Shown here one piece after another: positions 26,440-39,300 of a stretch of DNA of 64,000 nucleotides. Within the stretch, counting starts at the first letter, position 1. Every line of letters starts with the position of its first letter. The notes under the pieces were generated by a model. It ran no database searches, had not been told where the DNA came from, and worked only from the letters and a program-made list of their open reading frames with translations. Location of the stretch: positions 1 through 64,000 of the forward strand of contig JALJEE010001774.1 of assembly GCA_023231475.1 (NCBI GenBank). Reading direction: 5' to 3'. The translations under genes and the position numbers were made by a program. Origin of the DNA: Seison nebaliae (taxonomy: Eukaryota).

Positions 26440-29400
26440 GTGCAGATTTTATTTCAAATGAAACGAGTCAAATACAAGTTTGAAAGTGAAGAAAAAAAAT
26501 CGTCAAAATCGATAAAGAATAAACCGATACCGAAAATGACGAAATCGAATTCGTTTGACGAAGTTATGAATGAATCGTTCGATATAATTCCATCAAATAA
26601 ATTCATTGATGGTGCTGCAGAACGATCGATATTCGATGAGAACGAAGAAAATGAATCATTTAAATTCTTCCCTTTAGATCAACAGATCATGAGATTGACT
26701 TGGAATGTGATGGATAGTAAAAATGAAATGGTTCATTGTAACGGGAAATTAATGAAAGATGTTGAAATTAAAACATATCTCAACGCCAATCAATACGGAC
26801 AATCGAGTGGAGAAGAGAAGAAGAATATCGAAGTAAAATTAGTTCGGAATGAATTGATCGATTTTTATCGATTCGCTCCAAAAGAAACTTTCGATTGCAA
26901 TTTGACATATGACACTGGACATATCAATAACCATAAATCAATTTCCACTGCAATTCTTCTTCCTTATATGGAAGAGAAATTCATCTGGGAACCGTTGGAT
27001 GTTAGTAAACCGTCAGGTGAAATGATTGAATTACGTTGTACGGCACCAGCGGCATCACCACCAGCGAAAATTTTCTGGGTGAAAAATGGAAAATTGATCA
27101 TGTTAAGAAATACGATAATTGATAAAGAATTAGAAGAATTTTTAAGTGAACATCAAATTGATAAAATGGAAGATAATTCGAGATATTTGATGATGAATGA
27201 TAATTCGTTAGTGATTCATGAAAGTAACATAAAAGAAGATGATGGCGAATATATTTGTATCGCTCACAATTTGGCTCATACTCGAATGGCGAATGCGGCG
27301 AAAGTGAAAATATTCGAACCAAAAGGTTGGTCGTCATGGACATCGTGGTCGGAGAGTTGTCTGTTGAAGAAACAAATTGATAAATTAGCGATGGAATATC
27401 AAATTGATGGTAAGATATCGAACAATTTCATTAAATCTGATTATCCGTCATCATTGAATGAATTTTGTGAGGAATCGTATCACTTCAAATTCAGGAAATG
27501 TCAAGATAAGTCCTTCAAATCTGGAATAGTTTTATGTGATGGTGGATTGGCAAATTCAACAGAACTCCAACCATGTTGTACAATTTGGTCAGAATGGGAG
27601 AAGAATTTCATGAGAAATGATGAAGATTATGTACCGTCAAAGATTTTTTTGAATGATCATTTAAATTTCCATAAGAGAAAAAAGAAAGAGATTCGTTATC
27701 GAAGTTGTGGAAATTCGAAATTGGAAAGTGAAGTTTTCGAGAGGAAATTGGAAATTTTAGTAAACGAATTTTCTTGTCCGAGAGAGGAAGTGAGAGAATG
27801 TGACAAATTTAATTATTGTGAGAAAGTTCTGTCGAACAGCGATTATGAGAATGAATCGAAATATCTCAATATGTTGAATAATGGAAAATTGGATAGTTTC
27901 AATGGAAATAATAAAATTAATGACGGTCAATATTTGGGTGATTATAATGTGGAGTATGGACGGGAGAAATTATCAGATTATGTATTTGATGGAAATGATT
28001 ATGGAAATGAAGGTGAACGAATTATTGAGAAGGATTTCATTTATAACGATGATTCGTCATTCATTATCGATGATTCTTCATCATCATCATCACCGTCGAA
28101 TGGATTGTTGGAGGAGAAAGTGAAAATAAATTATAATTTATTAGAAAATTTTAAAAATTTAAAAAATTCTAAAATTGCCATTATTTCCAGTGTCAGTTCC
28201 ATTAGTATTATTCTGCTAATATTAATCGTTCTATTGATGTTATTCATTCGGAAGCGATGGCAGAAGAAGAGGAAACAAAATCTTGCATTCCGCAACGAAT
28301 GGAAGCAACAACAATTGCAACAACAACAACAGATGAGACAGGATCATAATTCTAATCAATATCAACATCATAATTTAGAGTTTGGAAATAATATGTATTC
28401 ACATTATAATTCGTCGAATAATGAAACATATACGATGAATAAAAATACGAATGGAAGTAATGTGGAGAGGAAGAAAGGAGGAATGTATGGTTATGTCAAT
28501 CCGTTAGATTATAATCAATTAAGTCGATCACCAGGATTCTTTTCATTCTTAACCAAATCGAAAAGATTAATGAAAAATAAAGATAATGAAGAAGAAGAAA
28601 TTATTTTGAATTCCACATCTAATCAACGTTATGATGGTGAGTGTAATGGAAATAATAAACAGTTTATCGATTATCCATCTTATGAGGAACATAAAAAATT
28701 CGAATCTTATCCATTCACTCAACACAACAATTTATTGACAAATATTGATAATTATATCAATAATTCTTCAGATATCTGTCCACAACACACCTACCAACAC
28801 CATCACCATCATCAACAACAACAACAACAACAACATCATTTAATTCACCATCAACATCAACCACAACAACAACAACATCAACCGAATTTCAATGATAATA
28901 TTCATCATCATTATCATTGTAGTAATGACGGTTCGATGACGGATGGCAATCTTCAATTGTACGATCAAAATAATAATAAATTGGATTCCAATCAAGTGAT
29001 GATGTTGACCGATCCACAAATTATTCAAAAAAATAATAATTCCATTGCATCATCTGATCGTTCCACCAATTTCTCCAATAACAATAAAACAGAATCGATT
29101 ATACTATCAGGAAACAAAAGTGAAGATATTTCCCCATCATCTACTTCACCTCAACAATGTTCCAGTCAAATGAAACCAGAATATTTCATACGTATGTTGT
29201 CGAATGGCAATGATAGTATTTATCATCAATGTATTAATATTAATGATTATTATAGTAATTCAAATGTTCGTCATTGTAACGAGAATCAAGTGAAAAATGA
29301 TTCCGCAAGATTAACATCAACTCGAAGTGTTGCCACCACGAAAGATGACGATGGAAATAATAAGAGAAGGAAGAAAAGATCTTCCAGGAAACGAGTTAAA

Positions 29401-29808
29401 CCGTTGAGACAAGATAACGATTCGATGACGTATGAAACGGCATCGATCACAATGTTGAATTCTTCCGAACTACAACAATACCAAACCACCAAACAACCAG
29501 TTGCACAGTCATTATATTTAGACGGGATTATTCTACCTCATGAAATGAATAATCCACATCATAACAACGATACTGAAATTGAGAATAAACTCGATACGAG
29601 AGATAGTTGTTTCTTCGATCAAACAAACACCATTCAGGATTATACATCCTCCTCCGCCAGTAATAACACTCATGAAGATAAAATATCACCAAATAATCAT
29701 CCGGCATCGAATCGAAAAGGAATGAGTATGAACATTAAACGATTCGAACGAACAAATTCTATTTCAGTAGAAAACGATCCAATATATCAAAGTATTAAGA
29801 CACAATGA
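26440..29808 (+). CDS. UNC-5-like netrin-receptor-type protein (Ig, Ig, TSP1-like, TM, long N/Q/H-rich tail); 5' exon not located
   Basis: HCNGKLM; PYMEEKFIWEPL...IELRCTAPAASPPAKIFWVKNG; DDGEYICIAHNLAHTRMANAAKVKI; GWSSWTSWSESC; TM IAIISSVSSISIILLILIVLLMLFI. This parallels the UNC-5 ectodomain. Confidence 0.75.
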   Translation: MQILFQMKRVKYKFESEEKKSSKSIKNKPIPKMTKSNSFDEVMNESFDIIPSNKFIDGAAERSIFDENEENESFKFFPLDQQIMRLTWNVMDSKNEMVHCNGKLMKDVEIKTYLNANQYGQSSGEEKKNIEVKLVRNELIDFYRFAPKETFDCNLTYDTGHINNHKSISTAILLPYMEEKFIWEPLDVSKPSGEMIELRCTAPAASPPAKIFWVKNGKLIMLRNTIIDKELEEFLSEHQIDKMEDNSRYLMMNDNSLVIHESNIKEDDGEYICIAHNLAHTRMANAAKVKIFEPKGWSSWTSWSESCLLKKQIDKLAMEYQIDGKISNNFIKSDYPSSLNEFCEESYHFKFRKCQDKSFKSGIVLCDGGLANSTELQPCCTIWSEWEKNFMRNDEDYVPSKIFLNDHLNFHKRKKKEIRYRSCGNSKLESEVFERKLEILVNEFSCPREEVRECDKFNYCEKVLSNSDYENESKYLNMLNNGKLDSFNGNNKINDGQYLGDYNVEYGREKLSDYVFDGNDYGNEGERIIEKDFIYNDDSSFIIDDSSSSSSPSNGLLEEKVKINYNLLENFKNLKNSKIAIISSVSSISIILLILIVLLMLFIRKRWQKKRKQNLAFRNEWKQQQLQQQQQMRQDHNSNQYQHHNLEFGNNMYSHYNSSNNETYTMNKNTNGSNVERKKGGMYGYVNPLDYNQLSRSPGFFSFLTKSKRLMKNKDNEEEEIILNSTSNQRYDGECNGNNKQFIDYPSYEEHKKFESYPFTQHNNLLTNIDNYINNSSDICPQHTYQHHHHHQQQQQQQHHLIHHQHQPQQQQHQPNFNDNIHHHYHCSNDGSMTDGNLQLYDQNNNKLDSNQVMMLTDPQIIQKNNNSIASSDRSTNFSNNNKTESIILSGNKSEDISPSSTSPQQCSSQMKPEYFIRMLSNGNDSIYHQCININDYYSNSNVRHCNENQVKNDSARLTSTRSVATTKDDDGNNKRRKKRSSRKRVKPLRQDNDSMTYETASITMLNSSELQQYQTTKQPVAQSLYLDGIILPHEMNNPHHNNDTEIENKLDTRDSCFFDQTNTIQDYTSSSASNNTHEDKISPNNHPASNRKGMSMNIKRFERTNSISVENDPIYQSIKTQ

Positions 29809-30357
29809 TTTCTTCTTTGTTTCTTTTCCAAATATCTACTACCTCCATATCTATATTCTTTATCAATAAATTTTTTTCTTTTACATTTTTTCTAATCAAA
29901 TTTTTCCTGCTCGCTATTTTTAAAATATCGAAAAGTCAGTAAATTATTTCGAAAAATTTTTACCTCCCTCATCGAGAATCGAAACTGAGTTATCATTGTG
30001 AGAGGACAAAATTCTCTCCCCTAAGCTACATGATACAATGTCATCTTTGCTATTATTATAATTCTATTGGCTTTAATATTCGTAAGAATTAATTGAAACC
30101 GGAAATAAGTAGGAAATATAGAAATAGAAAAAGAATATTGAGATGAAAATAAAATTGAAAAATGAGAAAGTTAAAGGAAATTCCATCCAATTATTATGAA
30201 TTATTTGGAATTATTTGAGGAAACAACAAAATTTGGAAATCGAATTAAGAAAATTCGAATTTGCATATAATATACATTCCATATAAAATGAGGAATGGTT
30301 GATAGATATTCCAATTTCACCTTTTAAATTCAATTTTAATTTCCGATCGAATATATC

Positions 30358-32407
30358 ATGAATTACTGTTTAGTTCCGACATTTATATTACTTCTTTCTA
30401 CTGTCTGCATGGATACTTCACATCATGTTCGTGAGAATGACATTAAAAACGTTCTAACTTTACACCATTTCAAAGTGACTCATGCACCGAAAATTTCTAA
30501 AAGTTTATTCCTTTCTACAATTACCAGTTGTTCACTCTCCTCGTCAATTAGTTCAATTTGAGAATGATGACGGTGAGAAGTTTGTTGAAGAAGAAAAGAA
30601 AATGGGGAAATCAAAATCCGAAGATACTATTCAAATGATCACGAAAGAGGAGGGACCCCAAGAATTGGTTCTGATGAAGAGACGTGTCAAAAAAGGTTAC
30701 CATCGACCACAAGAAAGACAGCGACATAGACATCGTTATGAAAACGAAAGAAATCATCGAACACATAAAAGTCATCGGCGACCAACTTCTTCCAGTTTGT
30801 TTCCGATTTTTTAGACATTTTAACAAAAGAAATTTGTAGGAAGAAAACAAAAACTTTCAGAATTCGACGATGATGAACTGATGGTTTTGAGAGGTGAAGC
30901 AAATCGAAGATTTGAACAACACCGTCATCGAAATTATCAGCATAAGAATCGATATAATAATAAATATGAAGAGAGAGGTGATGGAAATAATAAAAGTAAA
31001 AATAAATTTATAATAATTGGAGTGAGTCTTGTTGGAGTTGTGATTGTGATCATAATTCTCGCATTGTTCGTCATCAAATATCGTTTGAAGAATCAATCGA
31101 GATATTCTTATGCCAACAATAATACCAGTGCCAACAACAATAGTAACAATGTGAATAATAATGCGAATGAATTTACACAATTAATAGCGCCAATTCCTGA
31201 TATTATGAAATCGGGTAACGAATTAGATGACACATCAAAAAGACCAACACGACCGAAACATAAGAGTAAATTCAATAAGAAGTCGCTTGGTAAATTGTGT
31301 TGTTGTTGTGCTAATCATCGAAGTCGATCACGATCAAAGAATAAACAACGAGAATATTTGTTGACGGATAGTAATCGAATTAATATGGACACGTCTGTTG
31401 GTCATGAAGGATTGTCTTCTCCGTTTACGATGGATACTCAAAACACGACTACAAATAATTCTGAAGAATTAATTAGTGGAACAGCTTATAAGAACGAACA
31501 ACATTTCTTGAGTAAAATGATTGATAAATATAATCATTTGGATAATACGATGAATGAATTAATAGAAAATCAAATAATTCGTCATCCGAATGATGTAGAA
31601 GTGATGCACAATTTCTCTCAGAATGCTGATGCAGCTTTATCATGCAAGAATGAAGTGAAAGAAGTTTGTAAGATGAAACGAAAGACAAATAGTGACAAAT
31701 TGGAAAGTTATCGAAAGAAAACTTTAAAAATAAAGAATGATTTAAATGCGATGTATGACCAATTGAATATTACACGATCTTCTAATGAATCCAGTCGGAG
31801 TATCTTGTCAGTCGATGATGTTATGTTACTCCTATCTGTTCCGTTAGAAGAATATAGTGAGAAATTGAAAAGATTATCTCAATCGGCTTGTTCACATTCC
31901 ACCGGTACCAATACTATCTTATCTTCCAATTGTCTCGAAGAAAATAAATGTGAATCGGAAACATTCGTTTGGGATAACATCAAATCTCATCCCGACTCTT
32001 CCGTTTATGAAGCATTCATTAATGATATAACTGAAGATAGCGAATGTTCGATTGATGATGCTACTTGTAGCGAGAACACTTATAGTCTTTCAACTAATCA
32101 GAATTCATTCTTTACCAATACTCTCAGTGATTCCACCATTAAAGATGATTTTAAGTTAGTGAGACCGTTGGGTGAAGAAAGTTGGAATTTCGACAACGAC
32201 AATAAAGATTCCAGTAGTTTATTTCAGGATGATATCGATAATCTACCGTTTGATGTGAGAGCATCCAGTGACGATATTGGATTACAAGTTAATGGAGATC
32301 TAATTGGGGAACGACCACCATCAACTACTTTCCAACACAACTCACGTAATAACCCAGACATCGTTTGTGAATATATTGACAATGGAATTCAAACTGATCA
32401 AGAATAA
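30358..32407 (+). CDS. Uncharacterised type I membrane protein, 3 exons (introns 30503-30551, 30795-30839)
   Basis: Signal peptide MNYCLVPTFILLLSTVC, Arg/His-rich ectodomain, TM FIIIGVSLVGVVIVIIILALFVI, CCCC cluster and acidic tail. Both introns restore the frame. Confidence 0.72.
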
Positions 32408-33389
32408 TTCAATAATGATAAATATGAAGTAAATCTAACCGTAGAATATTTCAAAGTTCATTTTCCAATAACAAAGAATGAATTATTAAAAAATAAACTA
32501 TAAAGCTTATCCTCCTCTCATTCTCTTAATCTCATCAAAGATTCTTTTATTTTATTCGAATTTCTTGTTGTTTACATTTTTTTAATAAATTTCAAAAACT
32601 AGAACTGTTCATCCAAGGAATGTATAAGAATTCATCCCCAGTACTGGTGGTTCTTCTGGTACTTCTTAAATTACTTGCTTGAACAATAATTTTGTTGTAT
32701 TTCCTTTGATCTTGTCGTTTTCGTAAATGAGTTTAATGATTTAAAGGATTCAAAGACAGAGAGAATCTTTCTCTCAAACGAATACCTAAAAATTTCTAGT
32801 TCACAATTCCATGAACCTGTAACCGAATCTGATAATTGTGCGTCTATTGGTGGGACATTCTTCCAATGAGTGTTCGATGTTTCGACTAGAACGTTAACAT
32901 ATTTTATTTAAATTTGGTAAAAAATCACGAACAATTTTTTGTTTCAACCTTCTAAACATTTAGATGCAAATTTCTTTTATTAAAATTAAAGATGTTTCTT
33001 TTCGAATAAATTTTATATTTTAAATAAAGAAAATTTATTTCTTCACATGATTTCCCGAAACTGTTTCCCCTTTAATGAATGCCTCTTTGTTTTATCGAAT
33101 AAGGAAAAGAGTTGTTGGTTATCTTTGAAGTATCAGTAAGAAGGAAATTAAGTGTCTAAACAAATTTATCAGATCATGAATGTCAATGGTCAAAATGGAA
33201 TGCATAAATTACCATTACCAATGAGATAAGGAACCGAAGGCAAAGGTCGAAAACGATCGATAAGTTTGGTTAGTTGACTAGTTCGACTGACCGTCAATTC
33301 ACTCAATTTATTTTCGATAAGAGAATATTCTACAAATACGTTTCCTTTCTTTACAAACAGGATTAGTTAAAGGAACATCTCCCCATCTC

Positions 33390-36300
33390 ATGTATTCAAT
33401 TCTCTACCTCATATTCATTCTTGTCAAAGTTTATTAAATTTTATTCATATTTCAAATTCTAATTCAACGACAATTAGATAAGTGTTATACAAACCATCAA
33501 TTTCTATAAACATGAAGGACAGATCGAACAGAAACTTCACGAGTTACCGAAAGAAAAACGTCAGAATTTCACATTTCTCACAATTTGAATTCTCATTTTT
33601 ATTCTAGTTAAATTTATTACAACAATCCCAAAAGGATCGAAGAATATTCTCATAAACGAATTGGAGAATACTCAAAATTACATTTGTTTCATTTTCATTC
33701 TTCTATTATTTTTTAAAAAATTTTTCAATTTTCAGTATTATGGAATATCAATAATGAATCATATCCATTACATTCACCTGAAATCTCATTGAAACATGAC
33801 GTTCGACGATGGAATATTTTAATTCCATCAGAAAATTATGTTATTGCCAATGCCACTTTTCGATACGAACGGAAACCACATTTATTTTATGGATCTGATT
33901 CATTGTCAACCAACCAAACCATCAACGAATCACTAGACGTCTATGTTAATCGATTATTTATTAAATATCTTTAATAAATCTTTAATTATTAAATTCTCTT
34001 TAGTTATTATTGAACGATGGACGAATTTCAGTTGAATTTTCAATGGAAATACCAGAAAATGTTGTAGTTATCGGAAGTAATTCATTTAGATGGATAACTG
34101 AAGATTGGTTAGAATGTTCTTCATCGTGTGGAGAAGGTTTTACTTCATTAATTTATTGACAATTTGAGAAAATTTTAAAGGAATTTCAACAAGAAAAGTT
34201 CATTGTTTCAGCGATCGAGCCAAATCGGTAGTGGTGGACAGTTTGTGCGAAAATATCAAAATTAAATTTGAAACGAAAAAAAATTGTTTCTCACAAAAGA
34301 ATTGTTTGAAAACGTTAGAAAAATTTCTTTCGAATATGTTAATTTAAAATATGTTTCTAGTCCGAAATGGTTCGCAACTCCATGGAATGACTGTGGAGAA
34401 TGTGAGAGAAAAATGGAAATTGTGGAATTGAAGAATCGGAAGAAACGAAGTGATTATTATGAATATAATATTTATCAATCGGACGATTATAATTTGAAGA
34501 ATTCATTCATTGATGATTCATCATCATCCTCATTCTCACAATATGAAATCGATACCAGTAATGATGGTAATGATGGTGATAATGAAAATTATCAAAATTT
34601 AACGAAAAATAAAATCTACAAAATGAATTCAAATGAACGAACATTTATTCGAATGAAATTCAAAGGGAAACGTTCGAGACAACTTTCCTGCATCTCATTA
34701 ATTTTGCGGAAAGAAATCGCCAGTTCTGATATTGATTTAACTGGTGCGATATTGAAAGGAGAAATTCCGATAAAATATCATCCAGTCACAGAATGTATGG
34801 AAGAGAAACCGGTAGAAACGGAAGAATGTGATTGTGGAGAAAGTTATGAATTAATTGAGAGAAGTTCCGGAACGAATAAAAAGATTTGTAAAGAAATGAA
34901 AATTATCGATTTGTTATTGAAACGAAGTGGAATGGAAATGGAGAAGGAATTCAAAGAATTTTATGAAAATCTCAACATTTCCTTAGAACAATTTGATGAG
35001 AATGAATTTACGTGTGTTTTTAGAAATTCAACGGAAAATTCAATTTTCGATGTTTCAACTGATGAGAATCATGAGAAAAATTGCACTCTACTCGTCAATG
35101 AAATGTTTGAGAAATCGGCAACATTCTGTTCGGAAGAGAATTATATCGATTGGTTCTCCATCAATCATATTGATAATTGTCCATTATTATGTGATTCCGG
35201 ATATGTTCCCGTGAAATTTACCTGTGTTTTATTTACAAATGACAAGAACGAACATATTGAATTACATAAGAATGTTTGTGATTTATTGGGAATTAAGAAT
35301 AAGAATTCTGATTTTAATTATTGTCAAACTTACATTCCATGTGAACAAGCCATTTGGATGAAGAATGGACATGGAGAACATATCTGCATTGCAGGAAGTC
35401 GAGCCGTTCATGAAAATTGGTGTTTTGGGAAAGAACCATTCTATTCGCAGAATCATAAACAAATCAATCGAACAATCAATCAATTACCTCAATGGATTAA
35501 AGTGAATAAGAAAAAATTTAATTCGAAAATAATAAATTCGGATAGAAATAAAAGTAACGAAACTTTCCAATGGTTCTCTACCGATTGGGAATTGATTGAG
35601 AAGAATGTAACACATTCAATTTTCGGGAGAAATAGAAGATGTATAAAAAATATTGAAACTTTTATCGGTTATTTGCTGGTTCCCGAATCGGATTGTAGTC
35701 AACTGAAATCGCCAGATTTAAGGAAATATCGGAACAATTATCAATTATTCAGTGATGATGAAAACATATTCTCAATCGATACAATTGAGAATGGCGATGA
35801 ATTTAACGATTACAATTTATGGAATCGATATATTCAATTTAATCATAAAGTTCGATCTTTTTTAAATATTTTTATTCAAATTTAATTTCTATCAAAGAAT
35901 AAGGAGAGAAGTAAAAGAGACGAGCAAAATCAATTATATGATAATAATTTCATTCAACACAATTCCTGTGATATTTCCAAATATGGTTGTTGTCTTGATG
36001 GATTAACAACTGCTCAAGTTCTATTAATTCAGATGGAAAATTAAATGAAAAATTAAAATTTTTTATGCGACCTAATTTTGGATGTTTCAGGGTGAAAATT
36101 ATGAAGGATGTTCCCATCGATTGCCCAGACTGGCGAAATTTGGTTAGAAATATTATATGTTAAGAAAAGATATTTTTATTTGTAATTTAAAGATAAATGT
36201 TTGGAACGATTGCTTGATAATGAGATTATGGGAAATGGCCAAGTGTTTTGGTATTTCAATAAAGAATTTGGTAAATGTGAAAAGATAAAGGATAAATATC

Positions 36301-39300
36301 CATTGAATATCGTTAATCAATTTCAGAGTGAAGATGAATGTCAATCGACTTGTATTGAACCGAGAGAAGTTGAAGGTTAATTTTAGGAAAATTCAATTTT
36401 AAGTATTGACATGATAGAAATATCACAAAATGGATTATATAGATTGGTGTTATATGCCGAAAATTGAAGGTAAATGTTCTGGGAATGAATTGGGGGGAAG
36501 TGGTTGGCAATTCTATTTCGATACGATTACGAACAAATGTGAAATGTTCACTTATTCGGGTTGTAATGGAAATAAAAATCGTTTTGGGACAGAATTCGAA
36601 TGTTTGAAATTATGTAAATATGGAGAATTCATTCGGAAAGATCAGATTCAAAATAGTCAAGACTTTCCACTAAATTTCGATTTGATTCGAAGACAAATGT
36701 TTAATGTTGACGGTTCCAATGTTTATTGAAATTTATAAGTTCAATTTTTTGGTAGATGTTTGTGGTTTGCCGAGTGAACAAGGTCCATGTCGAGGTCAAT
36801 ATAACCGTTGGTTTTATAACGCAAAAATAGGGATTTGTGCACCGATGGTATATGGAGGATGTAAAGGAAATGCGAATAATTTCATTAAAAAAGAAGATTG
36901 TGAGAATCGTTGTAAGAAAGGCAATTCGAATTGTTAGTTAATTTTTCGATATTTCGAATTTTTCAAATTTCTTTTAGTTCGTTGTGTTCTTCCGAAATCG
37001 AGAGGAACTTGTCATGACATGTTAAGGAGATGGTATTTCAATGTGAAATCAATGAAATGTGAACAATTCTCATATAGTGGATGTGATGGTAATGGGAATC
37101 AATTCCATTCGAAAGAACAATGTGTGGTGGAGTGTGGTGGGACAATGGTGGGAATCGAATCTAATATGAATCAAAACAGTTTTATTTTATAAAGAAATTA
37201 TGAAATTAAATTAATTTGATTTCAGATAATCTTATTACGAAAATCGAGTCACGTTGTGATGCGACGGCGGCACCAGAAACGGTATTCGAAGTCAATAGTT
37301 ATTTCGACCAGAGGAAAGGTGTTCAGATATTTGTGAATAAATATCAGCAAGAGAATGGTGATAAATTATTTTATTATTTCAATAAAATTTCAAGTTTTCC
37401 CAAATTTATTTCTCGAAATTAAAACTGTTTAATTTTTAGAATCATGTCAACCAATAAAATATTATCGATATGAATCGATATTAACATCATCGGATCAAGA
37501 GAATGTTATGTCGATCTTGGATTATGAAAAACGATCGAGAGAAGATATTGTTAATTCGAATCTCTTCCTCAATCTCTCCATTTGCGAGAAAGTTTGTGAA
37601 GGAAAAAACTATGGTTTCTTTTTATTGTGCATTGTCTAACTTTATAATGATTATGAAGATATTTGTAAATTGGAATTCGAGGCAGGTAGTTGTGATAATT
37701 GGACGAATAAATATTATTATGATGATCGAACAGGAAGATGTCAACAATTCTATTATGGTGGCTGTGACGGGAATAAGAATAATTTCGATAGTGAATTTCA
37801 GTGTTATTTCAATTGTAACCAAGATGTGATCCGTGAGAAATTGAAGGAGAAAGAACAAATTACAACAACTCCAATTCTCACATTACCTACAACTACCACA
37901 CTAAATATTTTGGAGGAAGATATTTGTTAGAAATTTATATTTAAAAAAAATCTTAAAAATTTTTTCTTCAAAAATAGATGGAATGTGTTCCATGTCGATG
38001 TTGGTTGGAATTCCATGTAGTCGGAATGTATCTCATCATTTGAATGAATGGAAGAATTATTGGTATTATGATATACGGATACAATTGTGTAGTCAATTCT
38101 TTGGACATCAATGTGGTGGTAATCTTAACCGTTTTTTGAGTGAAGATGAATGTACGAAGAAATGTAAATATTCAAATTATTATCATCCAGATATCGGTTA
38201 TAAGAATGAGAATAATTTATTATTAGTTAGTAATCATTATGAGTTGGGAAAAGAACCCGAACTCTCCATAAGAGACGCAATTCTCAACTGGAATTCATAC
38301 GAGAAATCTAACTACCAAATGTCAAGTTTCTTTTTTCAAAAAACAATTTAATAATTTTCGATTTTCTAAAGATTACAATCTGAGAAAATGTTCATCGAAT
38401 TCGAATGATAATTTGAAAGTGAGTTGTGGATATCTGAATGAATATTCGAACGAATTAAATGAATTGTTGGGGAATGGTCTAATGAAAAGTTTTTTGACAA
38501 CAAACAAATCTTTACGAGTTTTCTCCATTCTGAATCATGTGGAGAGAGTTGTATTCGACAATAACTTCTGTCGTGCACGAAATATCTCTATAATTTTCAA
38601 TTTTATTTTGGATGATGAAACGAGAGAAATTTTGAATGAAAATCTTCTAAATGTTTTATCGGAAAATAATTCGGTTCTTGTCAATAAATGTTTCGAAAAG
38701 AAATCTCCATCAAATGCATTCGATCTTCTCCAATCGGAGGAAAATATGAATATAAGAAAATTGAATTCATATTTCTCATCAAGAATCTTTATGAATTATA
38801 AGGAATGTGCAGCGGTATGTGAACGATATGAAGCGAACAGTTAAAATTTCTTTCGATAATTTCTAGTTAAGGTAAATATCTTTCAGGAAAATGTTTCGCA
38901 CAAAGACAACAAATCAGATGTTATAATCGGCCGAATGATAAGAAGTATTATTATCATTCAAAGAAAAAGAAATGTCAAAAATTTCCGGATCGAGGTTCAT
39001 TCCCAAATATTTTAAAAGATAATGAAAATAATATTGTTTTAGTTTGTGGAACAGGAGATAATTCATTCAAAACTTTCGACAATTGTGATTATATTTGCGA
39101 TAAAGATTATTTCACCAAAGAAACCACTACTGATGATGATACACAAAGGAAAATTCAAAATTTACCTACTCCAAATTCTTCTCCTCATCCAACTTATCCG
39201 CCAAGAGAACGACAGACACAAAAACCGAAAACTTCGAGAATTACTCCACTTTTTACGACAACTACTTCATATTCAACAATTCGTATTAATGAACATATTG

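Noticed and set aside
32671..33360. ATG-less open stretches on the minus strand between the membrane-protein gene and papilin
   Set aside because: I could not assemble a start codon and consistent splice chain, and saw no recognisable motif. A small gene cannot be fully excluded.
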